A stretch of 64,000 nt of DNA, taken from positions 579,271-643,270 of the forward strand of contig BOKR01000001.1 in the NCBI GenBank assembly GCA_016861085.1. The letters are read 5' to 3'. A program made the translations under genes and the position numbers. Under the pieces are notes generated by a model, which saw nothing but the letters and a program-made list of their open reading frames with translations, was not told where the DNA came from and made no database searches. This document shows, one piece after another, positions 1 to 8,961 of this stretch. Positions within the stretch are counted from its first letter, which is position 1; every line of letters starts with the position of its first letter. Origin of the DNA: Patescibacteria group bacterium (GTDB taxonomy: Bacteria; Patescibacteriota; Microgenomatia; UBA1400; PJMF01).

Positions 1-72
1 GCCGATAAGTTTTGGAATGAGGTAAGAAATAGGTACTCTCATATTGATATGGTTGGAGTAAAGTCCAAGTAG
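1..72 (+). CDS. 3' end of an upstream gene (partial)
   Basis: Open frame from base 1 (ADKFWNEVRNRYSHIDMVGVKSK) to TAG at 70-72; too short to identify. Confidence 0.35.
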   Translation, partial: ADKFWNEVRNRYSHIDMVGVKSK

Positions 73-104
73 CACAGTAAGCCTAATAGCTATATACTAA
101 AGCA

Positions 105-1799
105 ATGTCCGTTTTCGTTGAAATTAGCATACTGCTGGCACTCACAACTGTTATTACGATTTTCGTGAGACTAATTAAACAGCCTCTTGTGGTGGGATAT
201 ATTATCTCAGGGATAATTGCAGGTCCAAGTTTTCTCAATGTCTTGCATTCCACCCATGAGCTAGAGCTTTTTTCTAGAGTAGGAATCGTGTTTCTGCTTT
301 TTATTGTTGGGCTACATCTTAACCCAAAAGTTATCAAAGAAGTTGGCAGTGTTTCACTTACCACGGGTATCGGGCAGGTTGTTTTTACCTCGATTGTTGG
401 GTTTGTAATTTCTAAAATACTTGGAATGAGTACAATAGCAGCCATATATGTCGCCATTGCCCTTACATTTAGTAGCACTATTATTATCTTAAAGCTATTA
501 TCAGATAAAAGAGATCTTCAAAAGCTATATGCAAAAATTGCTATTGGTTTTTTACTTGTCCAAGATATTGTAGCAACGATAATTTTGATTGGAGTTACTA
601 TTTTTTCGCAAGAAAGCTCACTCTCACTTTCCCAAACTATTTTCTTTACCGTTCTAAAAGGCTTAGGAATATTTGTAGCATTACTACTCTTTAGCAAGCT
701 TCTTCTTACGAAGATGATTAACTATGTGGCTCAGTCTGCTGAACTCCTCTTTTTATTTGCGGTTTCGCTTGGAATAGGCTTAGCCTCACTGTTTGCTTTA
801 GCAGGTTTTTCGGTTGAAATAGGTGCACTTATTGCCGGCGTTTTACTTTCAACAACAGCATATGCGGATGAAGTAGCCTCTCGTATGAAGCCATTAAGAG
901 ATTTCTTCATTGTCATTTTTTTCATTTTACTCGGCTCACAACTGGTCATTAGTAACCTGTCAACTTTACTCCTGCCCGCATTCGTTCTCTCTGTGTTTGT
1001 TCTCATTGGAAACCCAGTAATAGTAGTTCTGATCATGAACTTACTTGGATATAACCGCAGAACTGGTTTTATGGCTGGTTTAACTGTCGCACAAATCAGT
1101 GAGTTTTCTTTAATACTAGCAAGTCTTGGTCTCAGGGTTGGACACCTCTCTGAAGAAACCATGTCATTAATAACGATTGTTGGTCTAATAACCATTGCTG
1201 GATCAACATATCTCATTCTCTATTCTGATAAGATCTTCCCATATATGAAGCGAGTTCTGCAAGCCCTAGAGCTTGTTAAAAAGAAAAAAACTGATACTGG
1301 CAGTGTCGAAGAAGATTACTCAGCTGTCATTTTTGGATATGACAGGGTCGGCAACAACTTTGCTTCAGTATTTCAAAAATATAATGATTCATTTGTAGTC
1401 ATAGACTTTAATCCAGAATCAATACAAAAATTGCGGGAACAAAATATTCCCTGTTACTATGGAGATGCCAACGATATTGAGTTTTTAGAAGAACTACCAC
1501 TTAGAAAACCAGAAATCGCAATCTCGACTATTCCTGATTTTGCTACTAATAAGCTTATACTTTCACATCTTTTAACTCGAAATAAAAAAGTCCAGTTTAT
1601 ACCTACTGCTCACTCAGTTGTTGAAGCAAAAGAATTGTATGAGCTTGGAGCTGCTTATGTTGTCATGCCACATCACTTAGGAGCTGAACATGCTGCAAGA
1701 ATGCTTAACAAGTCAAAGTCAAACCCGGACCTATACAAAGAGGAAAAAGAAAAGCATCTTAAGAACCTTGAATTAAAATACGGTTTGATTTTAGAGTAG
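105..1799 (+). CDS. Kef-type cation:proton antiporter (CPA2) with C-terminal TrkA-N/RCK domain
   Basis: ~12 TM helices, FSSTIII and QISEFSLIL motifs, C-terminal GYDRVG...YGDA RCK domain. Confidence 0.92.
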   Translation: MSVFVEISILLALTTVITIFVRLIKQPLVVGYIISGIIAGPSFLNVLHSTHELELFSRVGIVFLLFIVGLHLNPKVIKEVGSVSLTTGIGQVVFTSIVGFVISKILGMSTIAAIYVAIALTFSSTIIILKLLSDKRDLQKLYAKIAIGFLLVQDIVATIILIGVTIFSQESSLSLSQTIFFTVLKGLGIFVALLLFSKLLLTKMINYVAQSAELLFLFAVSLGIGLASLFALAGFSVEIGALIAGVLLSTTAYADEVASRMKPLRDFFIVIFFILLGSQLVISNLSTLLLPAFVLSVFVLIGNPVIVVLIMNLLGYNRRTGFMAGLTVAQISEFSLILASLGLRVGHLSEETMSLITIVGLITIAGSTYLILYSDKIFPYMKRVLQALELVKKKKTDTGSVEEDYSAVIFGYDRVGNNFASVFQKYNDSFVVIDFNPESIQKLREQNIPCYYGDANDIEFLEELPLRKPEIAISTIPDFATNKLILSHLLTRNKKVQFIPTAHSVVEAKELYELGAAYVVMPHHLGAEHAARMLNKSKSNPDLYKEEKEKHLKNLELKYGLILE

Positions 1800-2711
1800 A
1801 TCTCTTTTGTTAAAAACAGCCAATAGGCTAAACGAAATTATCAACGTCACAGCAATTATGAATAAAAAGGCAAGTGGATGAGTTTGGAACGGTAACCCAA
1901 CATTCATTCCAAAAAAACTTGAAACCATCGTTGGAATAGTCAGGATAACGGTGACAGAAGTTAGTAATTTCATTGTTTTGTTTAAATTATTTGACAAAAC
2001 ACTATAATGTGACTCTCTTAGATTATAAATTCCTTTTTGGTTTACTTTACACAGCAAAATAAGCTGTTCATTATCAACTAAAAGTTCTTCAATTAAGTCT
2101 TCGTCTTCTTCGTACAACTTGATAAACTTTCCGTTAGCAAACTTTTTTAAAGCTATACCCATTGGTTCTAGGCCAAACAAGAAATCATTAAATAATGTTT
2201 CGAATTTTACAATGGTCATGATTTCTTTATTATCTATTTGATCCAGATCGGAACTGATGTTACGAATATTTCTATTGATTGCATTAACCAATCTCTGATA
2301 ATCTTTTTGCATTTCCATAAATAACAAAATAAGCAACTTTGTTTTTTGAGTAGTGTAAAACTCTACTTTTTCTTGTAAAAACGTATCTATAAATGGGAGT
2401 GCCTTGATCGAGATTGTCATCAAAAAGTCTGCCGATACAACGAGTAACACTGGCGATGTCACGATTTTATCTCCGTTTTTATGTGCAAAACGAGCGAAAA
2501 TATATGTCACGTTCTCTTCTTTTTCAATTCTAGGAACTTCGTAAGAATCAAGTGCGTCAAGTAAGATGTCTGATTCGAGATTCAGTTTTTCAGCCAGCAG
2601 TAAAAGCTCTTGTTCTGTTGGGTTTTCTACAGAAATCCATGAGCCAACCTTGTAATCTTCAAGGAGCTGCAATTTAGTATGCTTGCGATTTTTGTATAAG
2701 TACTGAATCAT
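1791..2711 (-). CDS. corA: CorA family Mg2+ transporter
   Basis: C-terminal NLNKTMKLLT...PTMVSSFFGMN signature and two TM helices; ATG 2711 lies 6 nt after TATAAT. Confidence 0.9.
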   Translation of the reverse strand: MIQYLYKNRKHTKLQLLEDYKVGSWISVENPTEQELLLLAEKLNLESDILLDALDSYEVPRIEKEENVTYIFARFAHKNGDKIVTSPVLLVVSADFLMTISIKALPFIDTFLQEKVEFYTTQKTKLLILLFMEMQKDYQRLVNAINRNIRNISSDLDQIDNKEIMTIVKFETLFNDFLFGLEPMGIALKKFANGKFIKLYEEDEDLIEELLVDNEQLILLCKVNQKGIYNLRESHYSVLSNNLNKTMKLLTSVTVILTIPTMVSSFFGMNVGLPFQTHPLAFLFIIAVTLIISFSLLAVFNKRDLL

Positions 2712-2751
2712 ACTGGTATTATAGTATTTATTGCCCAGTAAAGCTACAACT

Positions 2752-3987
2752 TCAATCACTATCGCGTAATTGATACAATCTGTCTCCTAAAAACCCAGTA
2801 ACTTCTGGAAAAATTAACTCTTCTTTTGGAGGAATTGCGGCCGGATGAATAGTGAATAGACCATACTTTCTATTCAAGTCATCTAAAGCTTTTTGTACTA
2901 CTTCTTGCTTCTGCCACTGCGGAAGTAGCTGCTCTTGAATCTGATTTTCTAGTAAAGAGAGTCGTATAGCAAATTTAATTACCGGGAACTTCTTGGTCCA
3001 TCTGGTATAGAGTTGTTGTATCCATAACAGCAACTCTGACGAATGGTTAATTGGTATTTGTAGCGTTTCATGTGTATCCCAATATTCATTTCTTCCATAC
3101 AAGCCCAACCACACTTGTCGACCAGCTAAGTTCATATTTCTTACTTTATCGATAACCTCTAAACAAAGATTCTTTAAAATGTTTGTAATCTCAGCATCAT
3201 CTTCATGTAAACGATATCCAGTGATAGACCTCCCCACACTTTTCATATGAGGTAATTCTCTATCAAGCTGATTTAAAAGGTGTGTTTCTTTCCCATACGC
3301 AATTTTTAGTAGTTCTTTTGCCCAAAAAGGACCAACTACAATTGCCAACTCCTCCTGAGGAATAAATCTGATCTGATAAGGATACTGAACGTGAAACCGG
3401 GCCAACTTTTTAGCAAGTCTATACCCAACCCCACAGACATCTTTAAATTCTGTAGTTGCCAGTAAAGCATCTTTATTTTCTTCTGTCACCTCTAGTACAG
3501 CGCCTTTTGGTGCAACCTCACTTGCCATTTTGGCTAATAACCTATTTTCAGCAATACCAACATTGCAAGTTACCCAACTACCCAATTCTTTTTTTATCAG
3601 GTTTTGGATTTCTTTTCCTAATTTTTTAGCATCAGGATATAAGTTCTTCCTGCAGTCAGAAATGTCAATAAAAGCTTCATCAAGAGAATAAATATATATT
3701 GAGGGGGCTATGGTTTTAAAAACTTTTTGTAATCGCTTGGTAGCATCTAAACACCGTTCAAAAGAAGCAGGAATGCACAGTAACTGGGGACAAAGTACTA
3801 CCCCTTCACTTCTTCTCATTCCAGTACTAATCCCAAACTGCTTTGCCTCCTTACTTGTGGCAATTAAACAAGTTCTTCCTCTCCCCTTTGTGACTCCAAG
3901 TGGTCTATTTTGAAGCAAAGGATTTTCTTGCTGCAAAACGGTAGCAAAATAGGAGTTTATATCAACATGCAAAATAGTTTTATTCAA
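2752..3987 (-). CDS. dinB: Y-family DNA polymerase IV (DinB-like)
   Basis: ILHVDINSYFA, ATSKEAKQFGI, YSLDEAFID, LAKMAS, VCGVG motifs; TTG start at 3987 preceded by GGAGG. Confidence 0.92.
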   Translation of the reverse strand: MNKTILHVDINSYFATVLQQENPLLQNRPLGVTKGRGRTCLIATSKEAKQFGISTGMRRSEGVVLCPQLLCIPASFERCLDATKRLQKVFKTIAPSIYIYSLDEAFIDISDCRKNLYPDAKKLGKEIQNLIKKELGSWVTCNVGIAENRLLAKMASEVAPKGAVLEVTEENKDALLATTEFKDVCGVGYRLAKKLARFHVQYPYQIRFIPQEELAIVVGPFWAKELLKIAYGKETHLLNQLDRELPHMKSVGRSITGYRLHEDDAEITNILKNLCLEVIDKVRNMNLAGRQVWLGLYGRNEYWDTHETLQIPINHSSELLLWIQQLYTRWTKKFPVIKFAIRLSLLENQIQEQLLPQWQKQEVVQKALDDLNRKYGLFTIHPAAIPPKEELIFPEVTGFLGDRLYQLRDSD

Positions 3988-4225
3988 CCCAAACCTCCAA
4001 GATATACCATTTCTCTGACTCACGGTTAAACTCTAATCTATACACATTAGCACCAGAAACGACACTATACAAACGTTTTTTTACACCACCATCACGAACA
4101 TCACTGTACAGCGTGATCTCTTTAATTGGAAATATTTTTTCTTTCCACTTAAATTTTTTGGGAACAAAGTGCGAGCGAGCGTAAACACCTAATACAGAGA
4201 TAGTTTCGTTAATTGTTTGGTACAT
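3980..4225 (-). CDS. Small beta-rich protein coupled to dinB (DUF6504-like)
   Basis: P..F.W.....I..I...W-like pattern and YRLEF.....W.I C-terminus; overlaps the dinB start. Confidence 0.65.
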   Translation of the reverse strand: MYQTINETISVLGVYARSHFVPKKFKWKEKIFPIKEITLYSDVRDGGVKKRLYSVVSGANVYRLEFNRESEKWYILEVWVE

Positions 4226-4277
4226 ATACACATAATACAATAAAGAAACCCGAAACTGTCAATAGCTGTTATACTTC

Positions 4278-4853
4278 TTATCTACTAAGTATTTCATCTA
4301 ATAATTCAGGAAATTTTTCAGACTTTAGATCGTCAATGCAAAAATGACCAAACCCATGAAACTCTTTGAATTCTGCATCAGGAATTTTATTCTTCAATAT
4401 CTGGATTGTTTTTAGAACACTATTCTCATCATCATCTGAATACCAAATAGTAATCCCCATGGTTCTTTTAATTAGCTCAGAATCGATTTCAAAGTCATCA
4501 AAGAAGTCTACCGTTTTTTCATTATCGGGATCTAACCAAGGTGCAATTAGGATTACTCTATCAACCTTCAGCTCTGGATTAATACTGAGATATTTAACAA
4601 AGAAGCCGGCACCAGTACTATGACCAATCAATATGGTTTCTGGAGTAACATCATATCTTTCAATTTCTGTGTTCCATACTGCCCAATTTCTATCATACGA
4701 TTTTGGTACTTCAGGTGTTGCTGTTGGAATATCATTTTTGAGTAGTTGTGCTTGTAACCAAGGAATCCAATGAGCATTACTCATACTCGGCATATTAGGA
4801 TCATAGTATTCCTGCTTACTTGGGCCCCCATGTAAAATGATTGCGTTTTTCAT
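4278..4853 (-). CDS. RBBP9/YdeN family alpha/beta hydrolase
   Basis: IILHG, HWIPWL, GHSTG nucleophile elbow, SDDD, GHF. Confidence 0.88.
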   Translation of the reverse strand: MKNAIILHGGPSKQEYYDPNMPSMSNAHWIPWLQAQLLKNDIPTATPEVPKSYDRNWAVWNTEIERYDVTPETILIGHSTGAGFFVKYLSINPELKVDRVILIAPWLDPDNEKTVDFFDDFEIDSELIKRTMGITIWYSDDDENSVLKTIQILKNKIPDAEFKEFHGFGHFCIDDLKSEKFPELLDEILSR

Positions 4854-4854
4854 A

Positions 4855-5655
4855 TTATTTTAGTAGTTTTACTGAATAATCAATAATGTTTTTGGCACCA
4901 GCTAGAATTTGATGATTCGTTTCTGGGGAGAATTCGTTATCACCAATGTCCTCACCTTTATGATTCACAGTTATTCCTCCAGCTCCTTTTATCAATGAGT
5001 AAATTGCACCAATTTCTTCAGGTCTCATACAAACACCACCTAAACCAGATGCAATATTTGATAAAACATACGACAAATTCCCAACAGTAGAACCAATATT
5101 TCGAATAAAAAGTTGCTGTGCTAAAGGCCTGTAGAGTTCATATCCCTCTTTATAGTAAAGGTCTAAAAATAAAGGAGTTGACTTACTTGCTTCCCAATCC
5201 GATTTTAAAACTACTCGCTCACCACTGTCATTATATGTCTTACCATTTGAGTAAAACCAAATAAGGTCTTGTGAGTATTCTATTGCACCAGCAGCCACAA
5301 CATCTTTTAACTTTGGATTAGTACCTTTATAAACGGCAATTAGTAGCCCATATGGGTAGATATTCTTACCAATTTTATAGTTTGTACTACCATCTAAAGG
5401 ATCAAAAGAAATTAAGTATTTTGGATTCTTATGAAATGTAATTTCACCAATCTCTTCAGAAAAAATATTTGCTGGAATATCGTGTTTTTTAATATACTCA
5501 ACTAAGGCATCCTCCATCTTAGCATCCATTGCAATGGTTTTATCGCCTTTTGCATTCGTTGTCCCAATATTTTCAGAAAGAATTGGGTTCACAGCAATAA
5601 TTTTTTTTCCTATGTTGATCATGTTTTTTACGTGCTCTAGTAATGAAATCTGCAT
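4855..5655 (-). CDS. Inositol monophosphatase/FBPase superfamily protein
   Basis: GDKTIAMD, FSEE and DPLDGSTNY metal-binding motifs. Confidence 0.88.
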   Translation of the reverse strand: MQISLLEHVKNMINIGKKIIAVNPILSENIGTTNAKGDKTIAMDAKMEDALVEYIKKHDIPANIFSEEIGEITFHKNPKYLISFDPLDGSTNYKIGKNIYPYGLLIAVYKGTNPKLKDVVAAGAIEYSQDLIWFYSNGKTYNDSGERVVLKSDWEASKSTPLFLDLYYKEGYELYRPLAQQLFIRNIGSTVGNLSYVLSNIASGLGGVCMRPEEIGAIYSLIKGAGGITVNHKGEDIGDNEFSPETNHQILAGAKNIIDYSVKLLK

Positions 5656-5666
5656 ATGGTTAAATC

Positions 5667-6059
5667 CTATTTCACAATCTCTACTTCAACAACATCTGAC
5701 ATTTTTGCATCTGCCAACTCAAACAAAATCCCAGTTCTTGAATCTGATTGATTTATCACTGCATGAGGAAGGTAGGGTGGAACTTCTATTAAAAAAATTT
5801 GCCCATTTGGATTCATATGTACTCTAGACTCTTTTCCATTTCCATCTAACCATATAAATTCCAAATCTCCTATCCCTACAAACCATTCTGTCCTTGGATG
5901 CTTATGATTGCCTCCAAAACTTTTTGGTGAGAAGTGCACAATCTGTTGATCTTTTATTAAATTTTTATCAACAGGAATATCATTGGTGTTTAAAACCCAC
6001 AAATCAGTGTCATTTCTTTTATATGAAAAGTTAAGTTTAGTTAGTTTTGGTTTTTGCAT
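5667..6059 (-). CDS. Cupin domain protein (WxcM/sugar ketoisomerase-like)
   Basis: GGNHKHPRTEWF and VPPYLPHAVIN cupin motifs. Confidence 0.75.
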   Translation of the reverse strand: MQKPKLTKLNFSYKRNDTDLWVLNTNDIPVDKNLIKDQQIVHFSPKSFGGNHKHPRTEWFVGIGDLEFIWLDGNGKESRVHMNPNGQIFLIEVPPYLPHAVINQSDSRTGILFELADAKMSDVVEVEIVK

Positions 6060-6366
6060 CTAATTTATTCTCTAGCTCATCCATGTTTTGATTAAAAGCT
6101 TGGGCTAAATCAATATCAAATTTGTCTGCCAAAACTATAATAGACCACAAACAATCAGCTAATTCATGCTTGAGTTTTTCATCAACATTTTCAATTTGTC
6201 TTATTCCATTCTTTGCTTGCAGCAGTTTTGATAAATCACCAACGTCACCAACAAATCCACTCATTAGTTCCTGAACATTCCATTCTCTTCCATACTTTTC
6301 TTTTTCCAATTGAGAATATTTTTCTCTAACTTCTAGTGCTTTTTGAATTATTTGTTGAAATGTCAT
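6037..6366 (-). CDS. MazG-like nucleotide pyrophosphohydrolase
   Basis: GDVGDLSK...HELADCLW helical MazG motifs. Confidence 0.85.
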   Translation of the reverse strand: MTFQQIIQKALEVREKYSQLEKEKYGREWNVQELMSGFVGDVGDLSKLLQAKNGIRQIENVDEKLKHELADCLWSIIVLADKFDIDLAQAFNQNMDELENKLDAKTKTN

Positions 6367-6438
6367 ATAAAGAAAGTATAACAGGCAAAAACCTATTTTA
6401 GATTAGAATTTTCAGGTGTACTATAGTGAGATGCTTGT

Positions 6439-6467
6439 TTGATCCCGTACGCGGACGCTATTCGAAC
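6439..6467 (-). repeat. Degenerate copy of the tRNA-Gln 3' end (att-like relic)
   Basis: ttgatcccgtacgcggacgctattcgaac aligns with ttgatcccgaactagga-----ttcgaac at 7308-7331. Confidence 0.55.
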
Positions 6468-6529
6468 TTATTCTGTAAATTCTAATCTTCTTATAGCAAA
6501 ATTTGATTATTTAATTTCACGGAAAATCA

Positions 6530-7177
6530 TTATGCGAACCTTTTTCTGTCCTTAAAAATCTTTTCTGCTTTTTTAGTTGCAAGAAAACCAACTACGCCTT
6601 CAGAAGAATTAAATTTTTTTTCAGATTGCACTACCAACTCACCTTTTTCTTCTTCATAGCCAATGTAGTGCTGTCTAACAACTCTAACAATAAACCCATT
6701 TTTAACAGGCTCAATTTCTAAGTAATCATCATATTCTGTATAATGGCCAGACTCACCAACACCGTCACAGGAAGACCAATCATGTCTTCGGGAAGATTCA
6801 GAATCATAGAATAAAGTAACCTTTAACTTTCTATCAATTCCGGACCAGTCTGACTCAAACTCATCAATAGTGGCCTGTCTACTGACCCACTCTGTTCTTT
6901 TACTCCAAATGCTTATCTTTTTTAATTCTGAGATACTTGGATCTATATAAAGATATATCGCTTCAAATATTTCAGGATACTTTCTTCTAAATTCTGTAAC
7001 CATCTTTTTTATTTGAGCTTTCTCTCTTGCTTTTTCTTTTTCAATTCGCTTTTCTTCAGCTATTCTTTTATGCCTTTCTCCATGTTCAACCTGTTGTTGT
7101 CTCAATTGTTCCTGTTTTTCAATATTCTCAAGTCTTCTTAGCTCTTGCTCGAACCTATTTCCAAGTAATCTTTTCAT
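6530..7177 (-). CDS. Hypothetical protein with N-terminal coiled coil
   Basis: 215-aa ORF, AGGAG SD, charged E/K/R-rich N-terminus; no recognisable family. Confidence 0.75.
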   Translation of the reverse strand: MKRLLGNRFEQELRRLENIEKQEQLRQQQVEHGERHKRIAEEKRIEKEKAREKAQIKKMVTEFRRKYPEIFEAIYLYIDPSISELKKISIWSKRTEWVSRQATIDEFESDWSGIDRKLKVTLFYDSESSRRHDWSSCDGVGESGHYTEYDDYLEIEPVKNGFIVRVVRQHYIGYEEEKGELVVQSEKKFNSSEGVVGFLATKKAEKIFKDRKRFA

Positions 7178-7310
7178 CCATGCTCCTATAAAAATATATT
7201 ATTGATATATCATAACATGTATTTAGCTGTCAAATAGCTGGCAGTTGTAAATAATACAACTTGGAGAAAGTGAGTTTGAGTCAAAAATATAATTTAAATT
7301 AGAATCATTG

Positions 7311-7381
7311 ATCCCGAACTAGGATTCGAACCTAGGATAACAGAGCCAGAATCTGTTGTGATGCCGCTTCACTATTCGGGA
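7311..7381 (-). tRNA. tRNA-Gln(CTG)
   Basis: Cloverleaf TCCCGAA/TTCGGGA, anticodon arm ACAGA-TTCTGGC-TCTGT, T-arm CTAGG-TTCGAAT-CCTAG; CCA not encoded. Confidence 0.95.
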
Positions 7382-7420
7382 ATGCAAGGCATGTGTGATT
7401 ATAAATCAAAAGCCTAGAAT

Positions 7421-7464
7421 TGTTAAGCCATGTAAGGTAATTGTAAGAAACAGTATGCTAAAAT
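7421..7464 (+). promoter_or_regulatory. OmpR-type direct repeats plus extended -10 upstream of the response regulator
   Basis: TGTTAA (7421), TGTAAG (7431), TGTAAG (7442) at 10-11 bp period, then TGCTAAAAT. Confidence 0.5.
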
Positions 7465-7474
7465 AGCACAATTT

Positions 7475-8143
7475 ATGAAACATATTCTAATAGTAGAAAA
7501 TGACAAATCCCTTGCACAAACCCTTGCCCAGCATCTAGAACACAAAAAATATTTTTGCACTATTTGTGATTCTATACAGCAGTCAATACATGAACTGGAA
7601 AATTTTTCTTATGATCTGGTACTTTTAGATCGTATTCTGACAGATGGTGACGGCATTGAAGTTGCAGAATTCATTTCTGATTTTTCATATCAAACAAAAG
7701 TCCTCATATTATCAGAATTATCACAGGTTTCGCAACGAATTACTGGCTTAGAAAAAGGTGCTGATGACTATTTAGCCAAACCATTTTCACTTGCTGAACT
7801 AACATTAAAAATTGATAAGATGTTGAACACACAAAAAATCAAAAGCCGTGAAGAACTTACCATAGGTAAAATCAAAATCATTCCAGATTCTGGAGAGCTT
7901 ATCATTAACAACAAAACTAGACAAATCAGAAAAAAAGAAATCCAACTTCTTGCCTGTTTGGTTAGGCATAAAAATCAAGTAGTTAGTAGGGAAAAGATCA
8001 TTGATATTGTTTGGTCTAACACTTATGATTTACCAACTCAATCTACACTAGATGTATATGTGAGAAGATTGAGAATTTCCTTAGGAAAGTACAAGGATTG
8101 TATTAAGACTGTAAGAGGTTTTGGTTATATGGCTCTGGAATAG
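7475..8143 (+). CDS. OmpR/PhoB family response regulator
   Basis: REC (DLVLLD, GADDYLAKPF) plus winged helix (LDVYVRRLR, IKTVRGFGY). Confidence 0.95.
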   Translation: MKHILIVENDKSLAQTLAQHLEHKKYFCTICDSIQQSIHELENFSYDLVLLDRILTDGDGIEVAEFISDFSYQTKVLILSELSQVSQRITGLEKGADDYLAKPFSLAELTLKIDKMLNTQKIKSREELTIGKIKIIPDSGELIINNKTRQIRKKEIQLLACLVRHKNQVVSREKIIDIVWSNTYDLPTQSTLDVYVRRLRISLGKYKDCIKTVRGFGYMALE

Positions 8144-8864
8144 GAATTGCCACCTGTACATGTGTCCCAACTCCATAACCACTAATAATCTTCATCACCC
8201 CCTTAAACTCATTTTCTATCGTTTGCTTCACAAAAGATAATCCCAACCCCAAACCATTCTCTTTGTAACTAATGCCTTTTACCAAAGCCAATTTTTGACC
8301 AAGGTGGGTCATGCCCTTTGCAAAATCAACCACACCAAGAAAAACTTGTCCTTTAATAATCCGAGCCGATACACTAATGTGTACCATACTTTTATCTTGA
8401 TAAGCCTCATAGGCATTATTTAGTAAGCAAATGATTATTTCCTGGAAATACAGTTTGTTTCCATACAATTTAATTTTTTTTGGAAGAAAATTTGAATAAT
8501 AAACAGAACAGCTTGTCTTCCCTTTAAATAAAAAAATAACTTCATTAATTGCCCTGTTAACCTCAAATTCTTGCTCTTCTTCATCAGGTCTTGTGACTGC
8601 AGCTATAAGTTCTGTTAAATGCGTAACTGCCTCTTTAGCCGTAGATACTATGTTACGTTTCCTTTCAACATTTAGATCACTGTTGAGACTATCCAGACTA
8701 CATGACAAAATGGTTAACGGCGTTGCGCATGCATGCCTAAATATTAAGTTATTTCTTAATCTCAGTTCATTTGTGTGGTTTTTGGTGAAAAATAATTCAT
8801 TGACCCGTATTACAGAGTCTGTAATTGAAAGCCGATTACAAAACGCAATGATTTTTTCCAGCAT
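8103..8864 (-). CDS. Short cytoplasmic histidine kinase-like protein
   Basis: H-box FRHACATPL, N-box LLNNAYEA, DFAKGM, GLGLGL, GVGT; no TM or sensor domain. Confidence 0.8.
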   Translation of the reverse strand: MLEKIIAFCNRLSITDSVIRVNELFFTKNHTNELRLRNNLIFRHACATPLTILSCSLDSLNSDLNVERKRNIVSTAKEAVTHLTELIAAVTRPDEEEQEFEVNRAINEVIFLFKGKTSCSVYYSNFLPKKIKLYGNKLYFQEIIICLLNNAYEAYQDKSMVHISVSARIIKGQVFLGVVDFAKGMTHLGQKLALVKGISYKENGLGLGLSFVKQTIENEFKGVMKIISGYGVGTHVQVAIPIPEPYNQNLLQS

Positions 8865-8961
8865 ATTCCTTATCTATCTATCCTGGACCATCGGCGGTAT
8901 TTTACATATCGAATATGTATCTGTAAATGGGTAAAATTAAAGGAATTCTGATAGAACAATG

